Shown in pieces: positions 49,379 through 58,709 of a stretch of DNA of 64,000 bases. The notes beneath the pieces were generated by a model, which was not told the origin of the DNA, did not search any database, and saw only the letters and a program-made list of their open reading frames with translations. Every line of letters begins with the position of its first letter. Within the stretch, counting starts at the first letter, position 1. Made by a program: the position numbers and the translations under genes. The stretch lies in contig QGNP01000003.1 of NCBI GenBank assembly GCA_003228125.1, positions 14,475 to 78,474 of the forward strand, written 5' to 3'. The stretch comes from Chloroflexota bacterium. Lineage in GTDB: Bacteria > Chloroflexota > Dehalococcoidia > UBA2979.

Positions 49379-49989
49379 TTAGAGATGATATCCTTTTCTG
49401 AATTTTTAAGTGAATAAATTAAAGCTTGAGCAGCTTTTGCTCTATGACTTATATCATTTTTCCGATTACCTATTTCGGCCATTGTTTCACCAGAAACTAA
49501 TTCAAAAATTGGATCATATCCAAAACCATCATTGCCTCTATTTTTACAAATAATTTCACCGCTAATTTTTCCTTCACGAACAATCATGTCTCCACCAAAA
49601 AATTTAATCACTAAAATAGCTCTAAAAATAGCACTCCTGTCTTCATTAATAATACCGTTTAATAAAGTTAATAAATGTTCATTTCTTTCTGTATCAGAAT
49701 TTACATTTTGACCACCCATCCTAGCAGAAAATATTCCTGGATAGCCATTTAAAGCATCGACTTCTAGCCCTGAATCATCGGCTAAAATTGGTAACGTAGT
49801 AAAATTCTCATAAGCAATAATTTTAGCAACTGCATTTTCTAAATATGAAGATCCTGATTCAATAACTTCTAATTTTGGAATATTAATTTCTGATGGAGAA
49901 ATAATTTTCCAGTTACTTTTTTCAAAAAGTAACTTCATCTCATTAATTTTGTGCATATTTGACGAAGCAAATAATATTTGATTATTCAA
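49375..49989 (-). CDS. rdgB: Non-canonical purine NTP pyrophosphatase (RdgB/HAM1)
   Basis: Contains FASSNMHKINE, DDSGLEVDALNGYPGIFSAR, and GFGYDPIF...SHR. Confidence 0.85.
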   Translation of the reverse strand: MNNQILFASSNMHKINEMKLLFEKSNWKIISPSEINIPKLEVIESGSSYLENAVAKIIAYENFTTLPILADDSGLEVDALNGYPGIFSARMGGQNVNSDTERNEHLLTLLNGIINEDRSAIFRAILVIKFFGGDMIVREGKISGEIICKNRGNDGFGYDPIFELVSGETMAEIGNRKNDISHRAKAAQALIYSLKNSEKDIISK

Positions 49990-50001
49990 AACCTATTCCG
50001 A

Positions 50002-51099
50002 TTAAACTTCAGACCATCTATTACTTAATTTATTTGCTACTGTTGGCATTGTGGTATATTCCATTTCATCTAAAGGCAATCTGTGTGGCTCAAAAGGTCC
50101 GTGCTTTCTTAAATAGTCAGAAATATCATTCGCTTCAGTTCTTGCATTGTCAAAAGATGGATCATCAAACATGTCTCTAGGACCGATAAGTTTTCCATCA
50201 GCTAATTGAAAACCTAAAGCAACAACTCTAGGAGGTCCATCAAACCTTGAGGGATTCGATTGATCTAAGGATACTGGCATCCAAGGTCCATAATGAGAAC
50301 CTCGCATAAAACCTTCTACTGTCCAAGCAGTAGTAAATGCTTCTAGAACTTCTCCAACTGCTGGATAATCACCTTGACATCTAACAATTGCTGCTGGATC
50401 ATCTTTGCCAACGTATTTACCAGCAATTTCAGAAAGTTTATCAGTAGATGATACGCACGCAATAGAATTGCTAGTTCTACTAATAATTCTCTTTATAGCA
50501 TATCGTGAAGGTGAGCCAATAAATATTAACAAATCATACATCTCCTCAGGAGTATTTAGGATAATTTTTTTATGTTCTTTTACATCATGCACTTCAAATG
50601 CAAAGCCTTTATGCAAAGATTCTGAGATAACCAATCCTGCTGTATTAAATGGGTCAGCAAACATTTTATAAAAAGGTAAATTAAACGAACCTGCTGAAGT
50701 TTTATCTCCCATAAAAACAATAACTGGTTCTGAAGGTCTCTCTTCATATTCTAATTCTGCAGAACCAGGACCTGCTCCCTTAATATTGCCAGAAAAAGCA
50801 TCTACAAGTAAATCTTGTCCAGCTCCATAAAGATGAAGTTTTTTTGCAACTTCCGTGCCATCAATAAATGAATCCCAGGCAAACTCATGAACTTCTGTAT
50901 TATCTTGACCATTGTCATGTGACATAATTAAAAAAGCATCATCACCACATGAATGAACTTGTCCATCTATCAATAAGTTATCGTTAATCGCTTTACCAAT
51001 ATTTGCTCGAAGCACACTCATAACATCTGGATGCATGCCTGAATGACCTACGAATCCACCAATGTCTGCTTTTATAACACTTAAAGTTCTAGTCATCAA
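50002..51099 (-). CDS. fbp: Fructose-1,6-bisphosphate aldolase/phosphatase (class V, archaeal type)
   Basis: N-terminal LSVIKADIGGFVGHSGMHPD. Length 365 aa. Family signature blocks run through to the C-terminus (RGSHYGPWMPV). Confidence 0.85.
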   Translation of the reverse strand: MMTRTLSVIKADIGGFVGHSGMHPDVMSVLRANIGKAINDNLLIDGQVHSCGDDAFLIMSHDNGQDNTEVHEFAWDSFIDGTEVAKKLHLYGAGQDLLVDAFSGNIKGAGPGSAELEYEERPSEPVIVFMGDKTSAGSFNLPFYKMFADPFNTAGLVISESLHKGFAFEVHDVKEHKKIILNTPEEMYDLLIFIGSPSRYAIKRIISRTSNSIACVSSTDKLSEIAGKYVGKDDPAAIVRCQGDYPAVGEVLEAFTTAWTVEGFMRGSHYGPWMPVSLDQSNPSRFDGPPRVVALGFQLADGKLIGPRDMFDDPSFDNARTEANDISDYLRKHGPFEPHRLPLDEMEYTTMPTVANKLSNRWSEV

Positions 51100-51172
51100 T
51101 TTTCCCCTTTATAATTAGTTTTTACAGAATAATACTAAAAGAAATACAATTAAATATGTTCATTTTCAATAA

Positions 51173-51871
51173 TCAATTTTCACATTTTATTATATCAGAT
51201 AAAAAGTTATAGGCTTGCTCGGCAATTGGAAGTGTGTACCCTCGTAAATCCCATTCGATATCCAATTCAGAATCTATATAAGATTTTATAACATCAATTC
51301 TCTTAACAGCACTATTAATTTGATGATTTCTATCTAATGGTTTAAAGCCTTGTAATTTTCTCATTCCTTCTCTGCCTCCTTCAGGAATGTACCAATTTCT
51401 AATAGAAAACCCACATCCAGCTATATATAGCAATCTACCTACAGGCGTAGCATCAGGAGGAACACCAACAAGTAGAGACCTTGCTGTTAATCGTCTAATG
51501 GTTGAATCATACTCAATCATCATATGGCCACCTGATGGTATTAAATCACCTAATTTTTCAAAAAAATCCAATTCTAATTTTTCTGATACAGTAAATTGCG
51601 AAGAATCAGAAAAAAATAATTCATTTCTATAAACAAGTATTTCCAACCAATTATTTCCAGGATATTTACCAGTATTTATCAAACCAAGAATTAATGGCTC
51701 CAGAGATTTTTGATTATTAACATTTAAAAATAATTTGAAATATTCTGCACCTACATTATTTTTAGGACCGATTTCAACATCAAGAAATATTTGCTCTTCA
51801 AAAGCACGGTCAGCAAGACTCGCAAGTTTATGATTAGATTTTTTATCTATTGAGGTCCAAATAATTTTCAT
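51173..51871 (-). CDS. Hypothetical protein (232 aa), unrecognised family
   Basis: Long ORF upstream of fbp on the same strand. It has conserved-looking blocks (GGHMMIEYDS; WYIPEGGREGMRKLQGF), but I cannot name the family. Confidence 0.5.
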   Translation of the reverse strand: MKIIWTSIDKKSNHKLASLADRAFEEQIFLDVEIGPKNNVGAEYFKLFLNVNNQKSLEPLILGLINTGKYPGNNWLEILVYRNELFFSDSSQFTVSEKLELDFFEKLGDLIPSGGHMMIEYDSTIRRLTARSLLVGVPPDATPVGRLLYIAGCGFSIRNWYIPEGGREGMRKLQGFKPLDRNHQINSAVKRIDVIKSYIDSELDIEWDLRGYTLPIAEQAYNFLSDIIKCEN

Positions 51872-51949
51872 CTATTTATTTTATTTAATTTAATGGCTTA
51901 ATATTAAATAAAATAACAATATAAATATATAAAATATAAAAAAATATTA

Positions 51950-53326
51950 ATGAGAATAAATTTGTCCAATAAAATAACTTCCCCAAAAGAGTCTAGCAAA
52001 TTCAAAGAAGTTGCCCAATCATTACTCTCACGATCAAATTTTGAAAAAAAAGGTCAGAAAAAAGAAAACAAAAAATGGAAAATAGGACACATTCAAAATT
52101 ATCTAAATAAAAATAATTGCTTTGCAGATAGGAACACATTCCATATAGCTGGTTCCAAGGGCAAAGGATCTACGGCAAATTTTATTAATGGAATTATGAA
52201 TGAAACTTTGAAAAGTATCTATCTATTCACTTCACCTGATTTACATTCTCTAACAGAAAGAATAATAATAAATAATAAAAAAATATCCAAAAAAAAATTC
52301 ATAGAAATTGCTAAAAAATATACAGAAAATAAAGAATTTAATAACTGGTCATATTTTGAACTATTGACACTCATAGGATGGGAAGCTGCTAGTAAAAATA
52401 AATGTGATTGGCAAATTATTGAAACTGGTCTAGGGGGTAGATTAGATGCAACTAACGCAATGACAAAAAAAACAGTTAATATCATTACTCCCATTGACTA
52501 TGAACATACAGAAATATTAGGTAATTCTCTTAGAGAAATCGCAAAAGAAAAAGCTGGCATTATTCAAAAAAAACAACATGTAGTAATAGCATTCATGTCT
52601 AATGTTCCCAAAAATGAAATTATCAAGAAAGCAAAATATTTGCAAGCACAAATCCACATAATGGATTTAGAATGCAAAATTCTTTACAAAGAACAAACAT
52701 TAACATCCCAAATAATAGATGTTACAACTCCTTTAAGAACCTACAAAAATATAATTTTAAACATAACTGGGAAACATCAAGCAGAAAATGCAGTGACTGC
52801 TATAAGGAGTTGCGAAATAGCATGGAAAGAAATATATAAAAAAGACATCCCTGCAAAATATATTATAAATGGGCTTTCTAAAGTTTTCCTTGCTGGAAGA
52901 ATTGAAAAAATAAATGATAGCCCGCTTATAATAATTGATAGCATGCATACAGCATTGTCAGCTAAAAGATTAGAAGAATCATTAAATGACATCACTCTTC
53001 CCTCCCAAAGAGTCATAATATTTGGAAGTTTAAAAAATAAAAAAATTAATTTAATTGCAAAACAAATATGCAATAAGAATACGCGCATTATTATTACTAA
53101 ACCTAATTCAGAACGCGCAATGCCAATAGAAAAAATAAAATATATATTCACTCAATACACAGATAGAATATCTACTGCGGATAACTTAGAAACAGCTTTA
53201 AATAGTATATCAAAAAAAGAAAAGATAAATAAATACATTCTAATAACTGGTAGTATATATCTAATTTCTGAGGCAAGAGAAAAAATCCTATCAATTAAAG
53301 GAGATAGGGAACTTGGTTTAAGATAA
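51950..53326 (+). CDS. folC: Bifunctional folylpolyglutamate synthase/dihydrofolate synthase
   Basis: Mur-ligase P-loop AGSKGKGST, plus ETGLGGRLDATN and DSMHT-type C-domain motifs. Confidence 0.85.
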   Translation: MRINLSNKITSPKESSKFKEVAQSLLSRSNFEKKGQKKENKKWKIGHIQNYLNKNNCFADRNTFHIAGSKGKGSTANFINGIMNETLKSIYLFTSPDLHSLTERIIINNKKISKKKFIEIAKKYTENKEFNNWSYFELLTLIGWEAASKNKCDWQIIETGLGGRLDATNAMTKKTVNIITPIDYEHTEILGNSLREIAKEKAGIIQKKQHVVIAFMSNVPKNEIIKKAKYLQAQIHIMDLECKILYKEQTLTSQIIDVTTPLRTYKNIILNITGKHQAENAVTAIRSCEIAWKEIYKKDIPAKYIINGLSKVFLAGRIEKINDSPLIIIDSMHTALSAKRLEESLNDITLPSQRVIIFGSLKNKKINLIAKQICNKNTRIIITKPNSERAMPIEKIKYIFTQYTDRISTADNLETALNSISKKEKINKYILITGSIYLISEAREKILSIKGDRELGLR

Positions 53327-54193
53327 AGATAAAATTTCTACAGCATTTTCGCCCAAAATTAAATCTAAATCAATTTTTTTAATTTTTGATTTTGAAATAA
53401 ATCTAATATCTTCCAACTGACTAATTAACGGATAATCAGATCCCCATAACAGCTTATTTGGACCTATCTGTTTTATGATAAATTCAAGAACAACATTTCC
53501 ATACAAAAATTTTAATGCAGCAGTGTCGAACATAATTTTTCTTTTTAATATCAAGTCACGAACATGAATTAAAGATGAGTACAATGGCAAGCCAGCTCCC
53601 ATATGCGATGCAATAAAATTGCCTTTAAGGGGGAGAGCATAACAATTTAAAATTTTCCATAAATCAATCAAAGTTAGGCCACCGTCCTTGCCTGTGTAAA
53701 ATTTTCCAACTGGTTCAGTAGTATGAAAAGAAATATTCAAATTATAATTATCAATAGATTCAAAAAGCTGAGGAATAACATTATTAATCAAAATTTTTTT
53801 ATCTAAAGTATTGTTAATCCTAATCTCACCAATTCCCTTAGCTCCTGCAATCGACATATCTTTTATTTTAGAATCAATTTCAGAATAATTATTAATTGAC
53901 AAAGGAACAAAGCAAACAAATTTATCAGGATGTTTAGTACATTGATCTAATAAATATTGAGCATGAATATCAAATTGAAATTCCTCAGACCATTGAAAGC
54001 CCATTAAAACACTCATATCAACTCCTGCAAATTGCATAGATTCAAGTAAATCATCGGCATGTGACATTTTTGAATTCTTTTTTGAATAGATTAAAGAAAA
54101 ATTTTTATCATTAAGTGCTATTATTCTTCTTTTTTTTATTTGTTCTAAAGAAAAAATATGAGTATGAAAATCAACTATCATTAATTTTACCAA
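53318..54193 (-). CDS. Amidohydrolase-2 family metal-dependent hydrolase (TIM barrel)
   Basis: N-terminal DFHTHIF metal motif and C-terminal LWGSDYP. Length 291 aa. Confidence 0.7.
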   Translation of the reverse strand: MVKLMIVDFHTHIFSLEQIKKRRIIALNDKNFSLIYSKKNSKMSHADDLLESMQFAGVDMSVLMGFQWSEEFQFDIHAQYLLDQCTKHPDKFVCFVPLSINNYSEIDSKIKDMSIAGAKGIGEIRINNTLDKKILINNVIPQLFESIDNYNLNISFHTTEPVGKFYTGKDGGLTLIDLWKILNCYALPLKGNFIASHMGAGLPLYSSLIHVRDLILKRKIMFDTAALKFLYGNVVLEFIIKQIGPNKLLWGSDYPLISQLEDIRFISKSKIKKIDLDLILGENAVEILSLS

Positions 54194-54304
54194 TCAAAAT
54201 AATATATATATATTCAAAAAAAAAATAATTGTTTGACAATAATATCATTTAGTATTTAATAAGTATAATTTTAATTAGGTATTTAAAAAAATAATTGAGC
54301 CAAA

Positions 54305-54811
54305 ATGGACCAAAAAAATCAAACAAAAGAAATTATGGAAGCATTAATTTTTGTACAGAATAAACCTATAAAAATAAAAGAACTGGCAAAATTATTAGAC
54401 TTGAAAATAAAAAAAGTAGAAACAATTATTAAAGATATTCAAGATTCATTTATCAATCATGGAATTAAATTGCAAACAGGTCCTGAAGGAATACAATTTA
54501 TAACAATTCCTGAAGCAAATGCAGTTATTGAATTAACAACTAAAATTGACAATAAAAAACCTCTTACAAAATCTACTTTAGAAACACTGGCCATAGTTGC
54601 ATACAAACAGCCAATTACAAAAGCAGGAATAGAATCCATTAGAGGAGTAAGTTGTGATGGGCAATTATCTACGCTTAGAATTAAAGGATTAGTCGAAGTT
54701 TCAGGCAGAGCAGAAAAAATTGGTAGGCCACTTCTTTTTTCAACTACTCAAAATTTTTTAACTTATTTTGGACTTGAAAATGCTGAACAATTACCAAAAT
54801 TTTTTAAATAA
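54305..54811 (+). CDS. scpB: Segregation and condensation protein B
   Basis: Contains EALIFVQNKPIKIKELA and LETLAIVAYKQPITKAGIESIRGV...GRPLLFSTT. Confidence 0.85.
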   Translation: MDQKNQTKEIMEALIFVQNKPIKIKELAKLLDLKIKKVETIIKDIQDSFINHGIKLQTGPEGIQFITIPEANAVIELTTKIDNKKPLTKSTLETLAIVAYKQPITKAGIESIRGVSCDGQLSTLRIKGLVEVSGRAEKIGRPLLFSTTQNFLTYFGLENAEQLPKFFK

Positions 54812-55217
54812 AAAGAATAATAAAGATTAAAAATAGTAATAAAAAAATACCTAAAATTATATACGTATTAAATTCTACAGCTAAAAAATCTTCATAAATT
54901 GTTTGAAGTTTAGATTTTCCTAAATTTGGTAATGGTTGCAGGCTTTCAAGTCGATCTATATCTACAGGCAAAGAATCACTTAAAGCAGATAAGTCAACAC
55001 CTAGATACTCGGCGTATAATTTTAAGAAACTTCTTGCATAGACTGCAGCAGGAAAAATATCAAGTTGTTCTGATTCTAATGCGTCTAGATAAATCTCAAT
55101 AATTTTTGTTTCATCTGCAATTTGATAAATCGTTAAACCTCGGGCTTTTCTTGTCTCAGCAAGAATAGTGCCAAAGCTTGTATTAAAAATATTTTCATCA
55201 TTTGTATTCATGGTCAT
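54804..55217 (-). CDS. HTH (XRE/RodZ-like) domain protein with a C-terminal TM anchor
   Basis: N-terminal FGTILAETRKARGLTIYQIADETKI HTH and a terminal hydrophobic helix. Length 137 aa. Confidence 0.6.
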   Translation of the reverse strand: MTMNTNDENIFNTSFGTILAETRKARGLTIYQIADETKIIEIYLDALESEQLDIFPAAVYARSFLKLYAEYLGVDLSALSDSLPVDIDRLESLQPLPNLGKSKLQTIYEDFLAVEFNTYIILGIFLLLFLIFIILFI

Positions 55218-55229
55218 AACCAGTTATAA

Positions 55230-56270
55230 CTATACAGAAAAATCTATTATTGATTTTACGCCTTTTAATTTATTTCTGTCTGTGTAGGCACGAGGAACTT
55301 CATTTAATTTATATTCATTAGTAATGAGCTTGCCAACATTATCTAATTTATTAATTATTTTTAATGTATCTTGATAATTTTTCAAAGTAGCATTTTGTGT
55401 TCCAGTCACTACAATTTCATTATAATGTATAAGATTCACATCAATTTTACTTAATTTATTTGCTGGAAATCCAGCAAATAAATTAATAACACCTTTTTTT
55501 TTGACTATTTTTAATGCTGGATTAATTAAATTGCCAATGCCCACAGATAAGATAATTTTATCAAAGCCTGATTTATTTTTATTTAATGCTCTTTGTTCCC
55601 AATTATTACTAGGATTATATGCATTTGCACCCAAACTTTCAGCCATAACTCTTCTTTCTTTTTTGGGTTCAAATATATTAATATCTTTAACTCCGAGATA
55701 CGAAGCAAGAATTAAATGTAAAAGACCCATAGGACCTCCACCAATTATTGCTAATGAATCATTCTGATTTAAATTAATTGATTGAATTGAATTCATTACA
55801 CAAGATATCGGCTCAACAAGTGCAGCAATTTTTAAATCAACATTTTTAGGAACTATAAATAAATGACCAAGTTCAATAATTTTCTTAGGAATGAGTACAA
55901 ATTCAGAAAAGCCTCCGTCAGAATCATATCCCATTGTTTTTCTATCTAAGCATCTATTTCTCATCCCATTGATACAAAAATTACATATCCCGCATGAAAT
56001 AATTGGACAAACAGTAATCCTTTCACCAATCTTAAATTTTTTATTAGAGCTTTTTGAATCAACAATGATTCCAGAAAATTCATGACCAGGTATTATGCCT
56101 TTCTTAGCATACTTTTCTCCTCTGTAGACTCGAATGTCCGATGCACACAAACTAGCAAAAGACAATTTAACAAGAATGTCTCCTGGTTTACAAATAGGTA
56201 TATCTCTAGAAGATACGGAAATTTTACCCGGAGCTAGAAAAGTTGCTGCTTTCATTTTATTATCCAGCAA
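55230..56270 (-). CDS. Zn-dependent medium-chain alcohol/threonine/sorbitol dehydrogenase family protein
   Basis: Catalytic zinc GHEFSG, a structural zinc Cys cluster CGICNFCINGMRNRC, and a Rossmann GGGPMG. Confidence 0.8.
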   Translation of the reverse strand: MLDNKMKAATFLAPGKISVSSRDIPICKPGDILVKLSFASLCASDIRVYRGEKYAKKGIIPGHEFSGIIVDSKSSNKKFKIGERITVCPIISCGICNFCINGMRNRCLDRKTMGYDSDGGFSEFVLIPKKIIELGHLFIVPKNVDLKIAALVEPISCVMNSIQSINLNQNDSLAIIGGGPMGLLHLILASYLGVKDINIFEPKKERRVMAESLGANAYNPSNNWEQRALNKNKSGFDKIILSVGIGNLINPALKIVKKKGVINLFAGFPANKLSKIDVNLIHYNEIVVTGTQNATLKNYQDTLKIINKLDNVGKLITNEYKLNEVPRAYTDRNKLKGVKSIIDFSV

Positions 56271-56289
56271 ATAGTCAATAGTATACAGA

Positions 56290-56553
56290 TTAGCTTTCTG
56301 TGCGCTTTTTATATTTAAGCATGCGCGATTTTGTTCTTGAAGCTTTATTTTTATGTATTAAATTTTTGTTAACAGCTTTGTCTAAGTTCGATTGAGCAGT
56401 TTTAATTAAGTCATCTTTTTTTTCATCATTATTATCTATAGCTGCATATGCTAATTTAATATAATGAGAAAGCCTACTCTTGATAGACCTATTATGAAGT
56501 TCCGTTTTTAAATTTTGTCTTACTCTTTTTTTTGCTTGGTTTGAATGAGCCAT
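56290..56553 (-). CDS. rpsT: 30S ribosomal protein S20
   Basis: Begins MAHSNQAKKRVRQNLK...NRSIKS. Basic, 87 aa. Confidence 0.9.
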   Translation of the reverse strand: MAHSNQAKKRVRQNLKTELHNRSIKSRLSHYIKLAYAAIDNNDEKKDDLIKTAQSNLDKAVNKNLIHKNKASRTKSRMLKYKKRTES

Positions 56554-56651
56554 ATCATGTAACCTTTAATTCTAATGTAATATATATAGAATATTATTCA
56601 CTAAATTTAGTTTGAATGATAGAGGCTTAAAGATAAGAAATATGAAGTTAA

Positions 56652-58208
56652 ATGAATAGTCTCGAAAAATATAAACAATATATAGCAACAATATCTATTG
56701 TAACCTTGGGGTTTATTTTTGCAAGATTCACTGGCGTTATAAAAACAATTGTTATTGCAGACAACTTTGGAACATCACCAGAAATTGCTGCTTACTGGGT
56801 AGCATTTAGAATTCCTGATCTTTTATTTAATCTACTATCCGGAGCAACTCTTTCTGCTGCATTTATACCAGTGTTTAATAAGGTAATGATAAATAAAGGA
56901 GAAATGAAGAGCTGGCAATTTGCATCTGCAACAATGAATATTTTAACTTTAGCAACATTAATTTTATGTGTCATTACTATAATTTTTGCTAATTTTCTTG
57001 TTCCATTAATTGCACCGGGATTAAAATCAGACATTTTAGAGCAAGCAATTTTTCTTACAAGGATAATGTTAATTTCACCGATTTTCTTTTGTATTTCTGG
57101 AATGTCAACGGGTATTCTTAATGGAAGAAATCATTTTCTTGCACCAGCAATAGCACCAACAATCTATAACTTATCAATTATCATAGGTACAATTACTTTA
57201 AGTAAGAGTTACGGAACAACAGGACTAGCAATTTCAGTGGTAATTGGAAGTATAGGACACCTACTTATTCAGTTAATTACACTAAAAATTATGAAAATGA
57301 ATTGGAAATTTACTTTCGATTTACATTCAAAAGATGTGCGGACAGTTATCAAACTAGCTTTGCCTAGGACAATTGGCTTGGCAGCAAATCAGATCAACAT
57401 GATAGTATTGATTTTATTTGCATCGACTATATCACTGACAGCAATTAGTGCTTTCACATATTCATATATGTTAGTTATGTTGCCAGTCGCGTTAATAGGC
57501 ATGTCAATATCAATAACAATATTCCCAAAGCTAACAACACTTTTTACTTTGAATAAGCATCGAGAGTTTATTCAGACTGCTCAATCTGCAATATTTTTAA
57601 TAATGTTTCTTTCAATCCCTGCAGTAGGTGGAATCATATTATTAATTAATCCAATTACAAAAATTGTCTTTGAACATGGTGAATTCACTGCGGAATCATC
57701 AGCGATAGTTAAAGAAATGGCAATATATCTTTCTCCACTAATTATAGCTTTCTCTTTGACGGAAATTTTTAGTAGGATTTATTATGCACTCATGGATACA
57801 AAAACACCTGTAATTGCTACTATAATTTCAGTTATTATTAATATTTTAATTTGTATTACATTGAAAGATTATTTTGGTTTTAAGTCAATTGCTTTAGCAT
57901 GCAGCATCGCATCTATTGTAGAAACACTGCTTCTTATTTGTCTATTAAAAAGAAAAAATATACAATTTAATTATAACCAATTAATCAATGACTTCATTAA
58001 AATATCAATGATTTCATTAATAATGTTTATTTTTACAAAATTTCTTCTAAATCAACTTTATCTTAATGAGTCGTTAAGTCATTATTTAAATAACGACTAT
58101 TTAAGAGTAATACTTACGATAATAATCAGTATTACCAGTTATTTTATTATGTGTAAAATAATTTTAAAAGAAAAAACTGATAAAATTATTTATTTTCTCA
58201 AAGAATAA
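56652..58208 (+). CDS. murJ: Lipid II flippase MurJ (MviN family)
   Basis: 518 aa, about 14 TM segments, with N-terminal FARFTGVIKTIVIADNFG and RIPDLLFNLLSGATLSAAFIPVF. Confidence 0.85.
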   Translation: MNSLEKYKQYIATISIVTLGFIFARFTGVIKTIVIADNFGTSPEIAAYWVAFRIPDLLFNLLSGATLSAAFIPVFNKVMINKGEMKSWQFASATMNILTLATLILCVITIIFANFLVPLIAPGLKSDILEQAIFLTRIMLISPIFFCISGMSTGILNGRNHFLAPAIAPTIYNLSIIIGTITLSKSYGTTGLAISVVIGSIGHLLIQLITLKIMKMNWKFTFDLHSKDVRTVIKLALPRTIGLAANQINMIVLILFASTISLTAISAFTYSYMLVMLPVALIGMSISITIFPKLTTLFTLNKHREFIQTAQSAIFLIMFLSIPAVGGIILLINPITKIVFEHGEFTAESSAIVKEMAIYLSPLIIAFSLTEIFSRIYYALMDTKTPVIATIISVIINILICITLKDYFGFKSIALACSIASIVETLLLICLLKRKNIQFNYNQLINDFIKISMISLIMFIFTKFLLNQLYLNESLSHYLNNDYLRVILTIIISITSYFIMCKIILKEKTDKIIYFLKE

Positions 58209-58268
58209 AGTTGTTATAATTACTTTCACAATATTCTTATAAAATATATAAAGTTGTATGAGGTCAAT

Positions 58269-58709
58269 ATGTCATTTGCTGATAGAGATATAATATGCGA
58301 AGAATGCAGTCAAAATTTTATTTTTACTGCTGGTGAACAAGAATTTTATTCTAGTAAAGGTTTACAAAATCATCCAAGAAGATGCAACATTTGCCGACAA
58401 CGCAGAAAACAAACAGGAAATGAAAATAATGAAGAATCCTTCAACTATGGAACTGCCGTTTCATACTCTGGGAAAACTCCAAGAAGATTACATGTAGCAC
58501 CATGCTCAGGCTCAGTATCTTTAAGCCCAGATTGCCAGCTATATACTGAAGTTCCCTTTATGCCAAGAAGCGACAGGCCTATATACTGTTCTAGCTGTTA
58601 TGGTGTTACAAAAAATAATGAATTAGAAGCTGAAAACAAAGCCAAGTCAATAATTAATGATAATTCTTTAACGAATAATCTTGATGCCAAAGAAAGTATT
58701 ATTGAATAA
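58269..58709 (+). CDS. Zinc-ribbon domain protein (CxxC...CxxC; FTAGEQEFY motif)
   Basis: Contains CEECSQNFIFTAGEQEFYSSKGLQNHPRRCNICR plus a second C..C/CSSC pair. GAGGT SD before the ATG at 58269. Its stop abuts the ileS GTG. Confidence 0.6.
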   Translation: MSFADRDIICEECSQNFIFTAGEQEFYSSKGLQNHPRRCNICRQRRKQTGNENNEESFNYGTAVSYSGKTPRRLHVAPCSGSVSLSPDCQLYTEVPFMPRSDRPIYCSSCYGVTKNNELEAENKAKSIINDNSLTNNLDAKESIIE

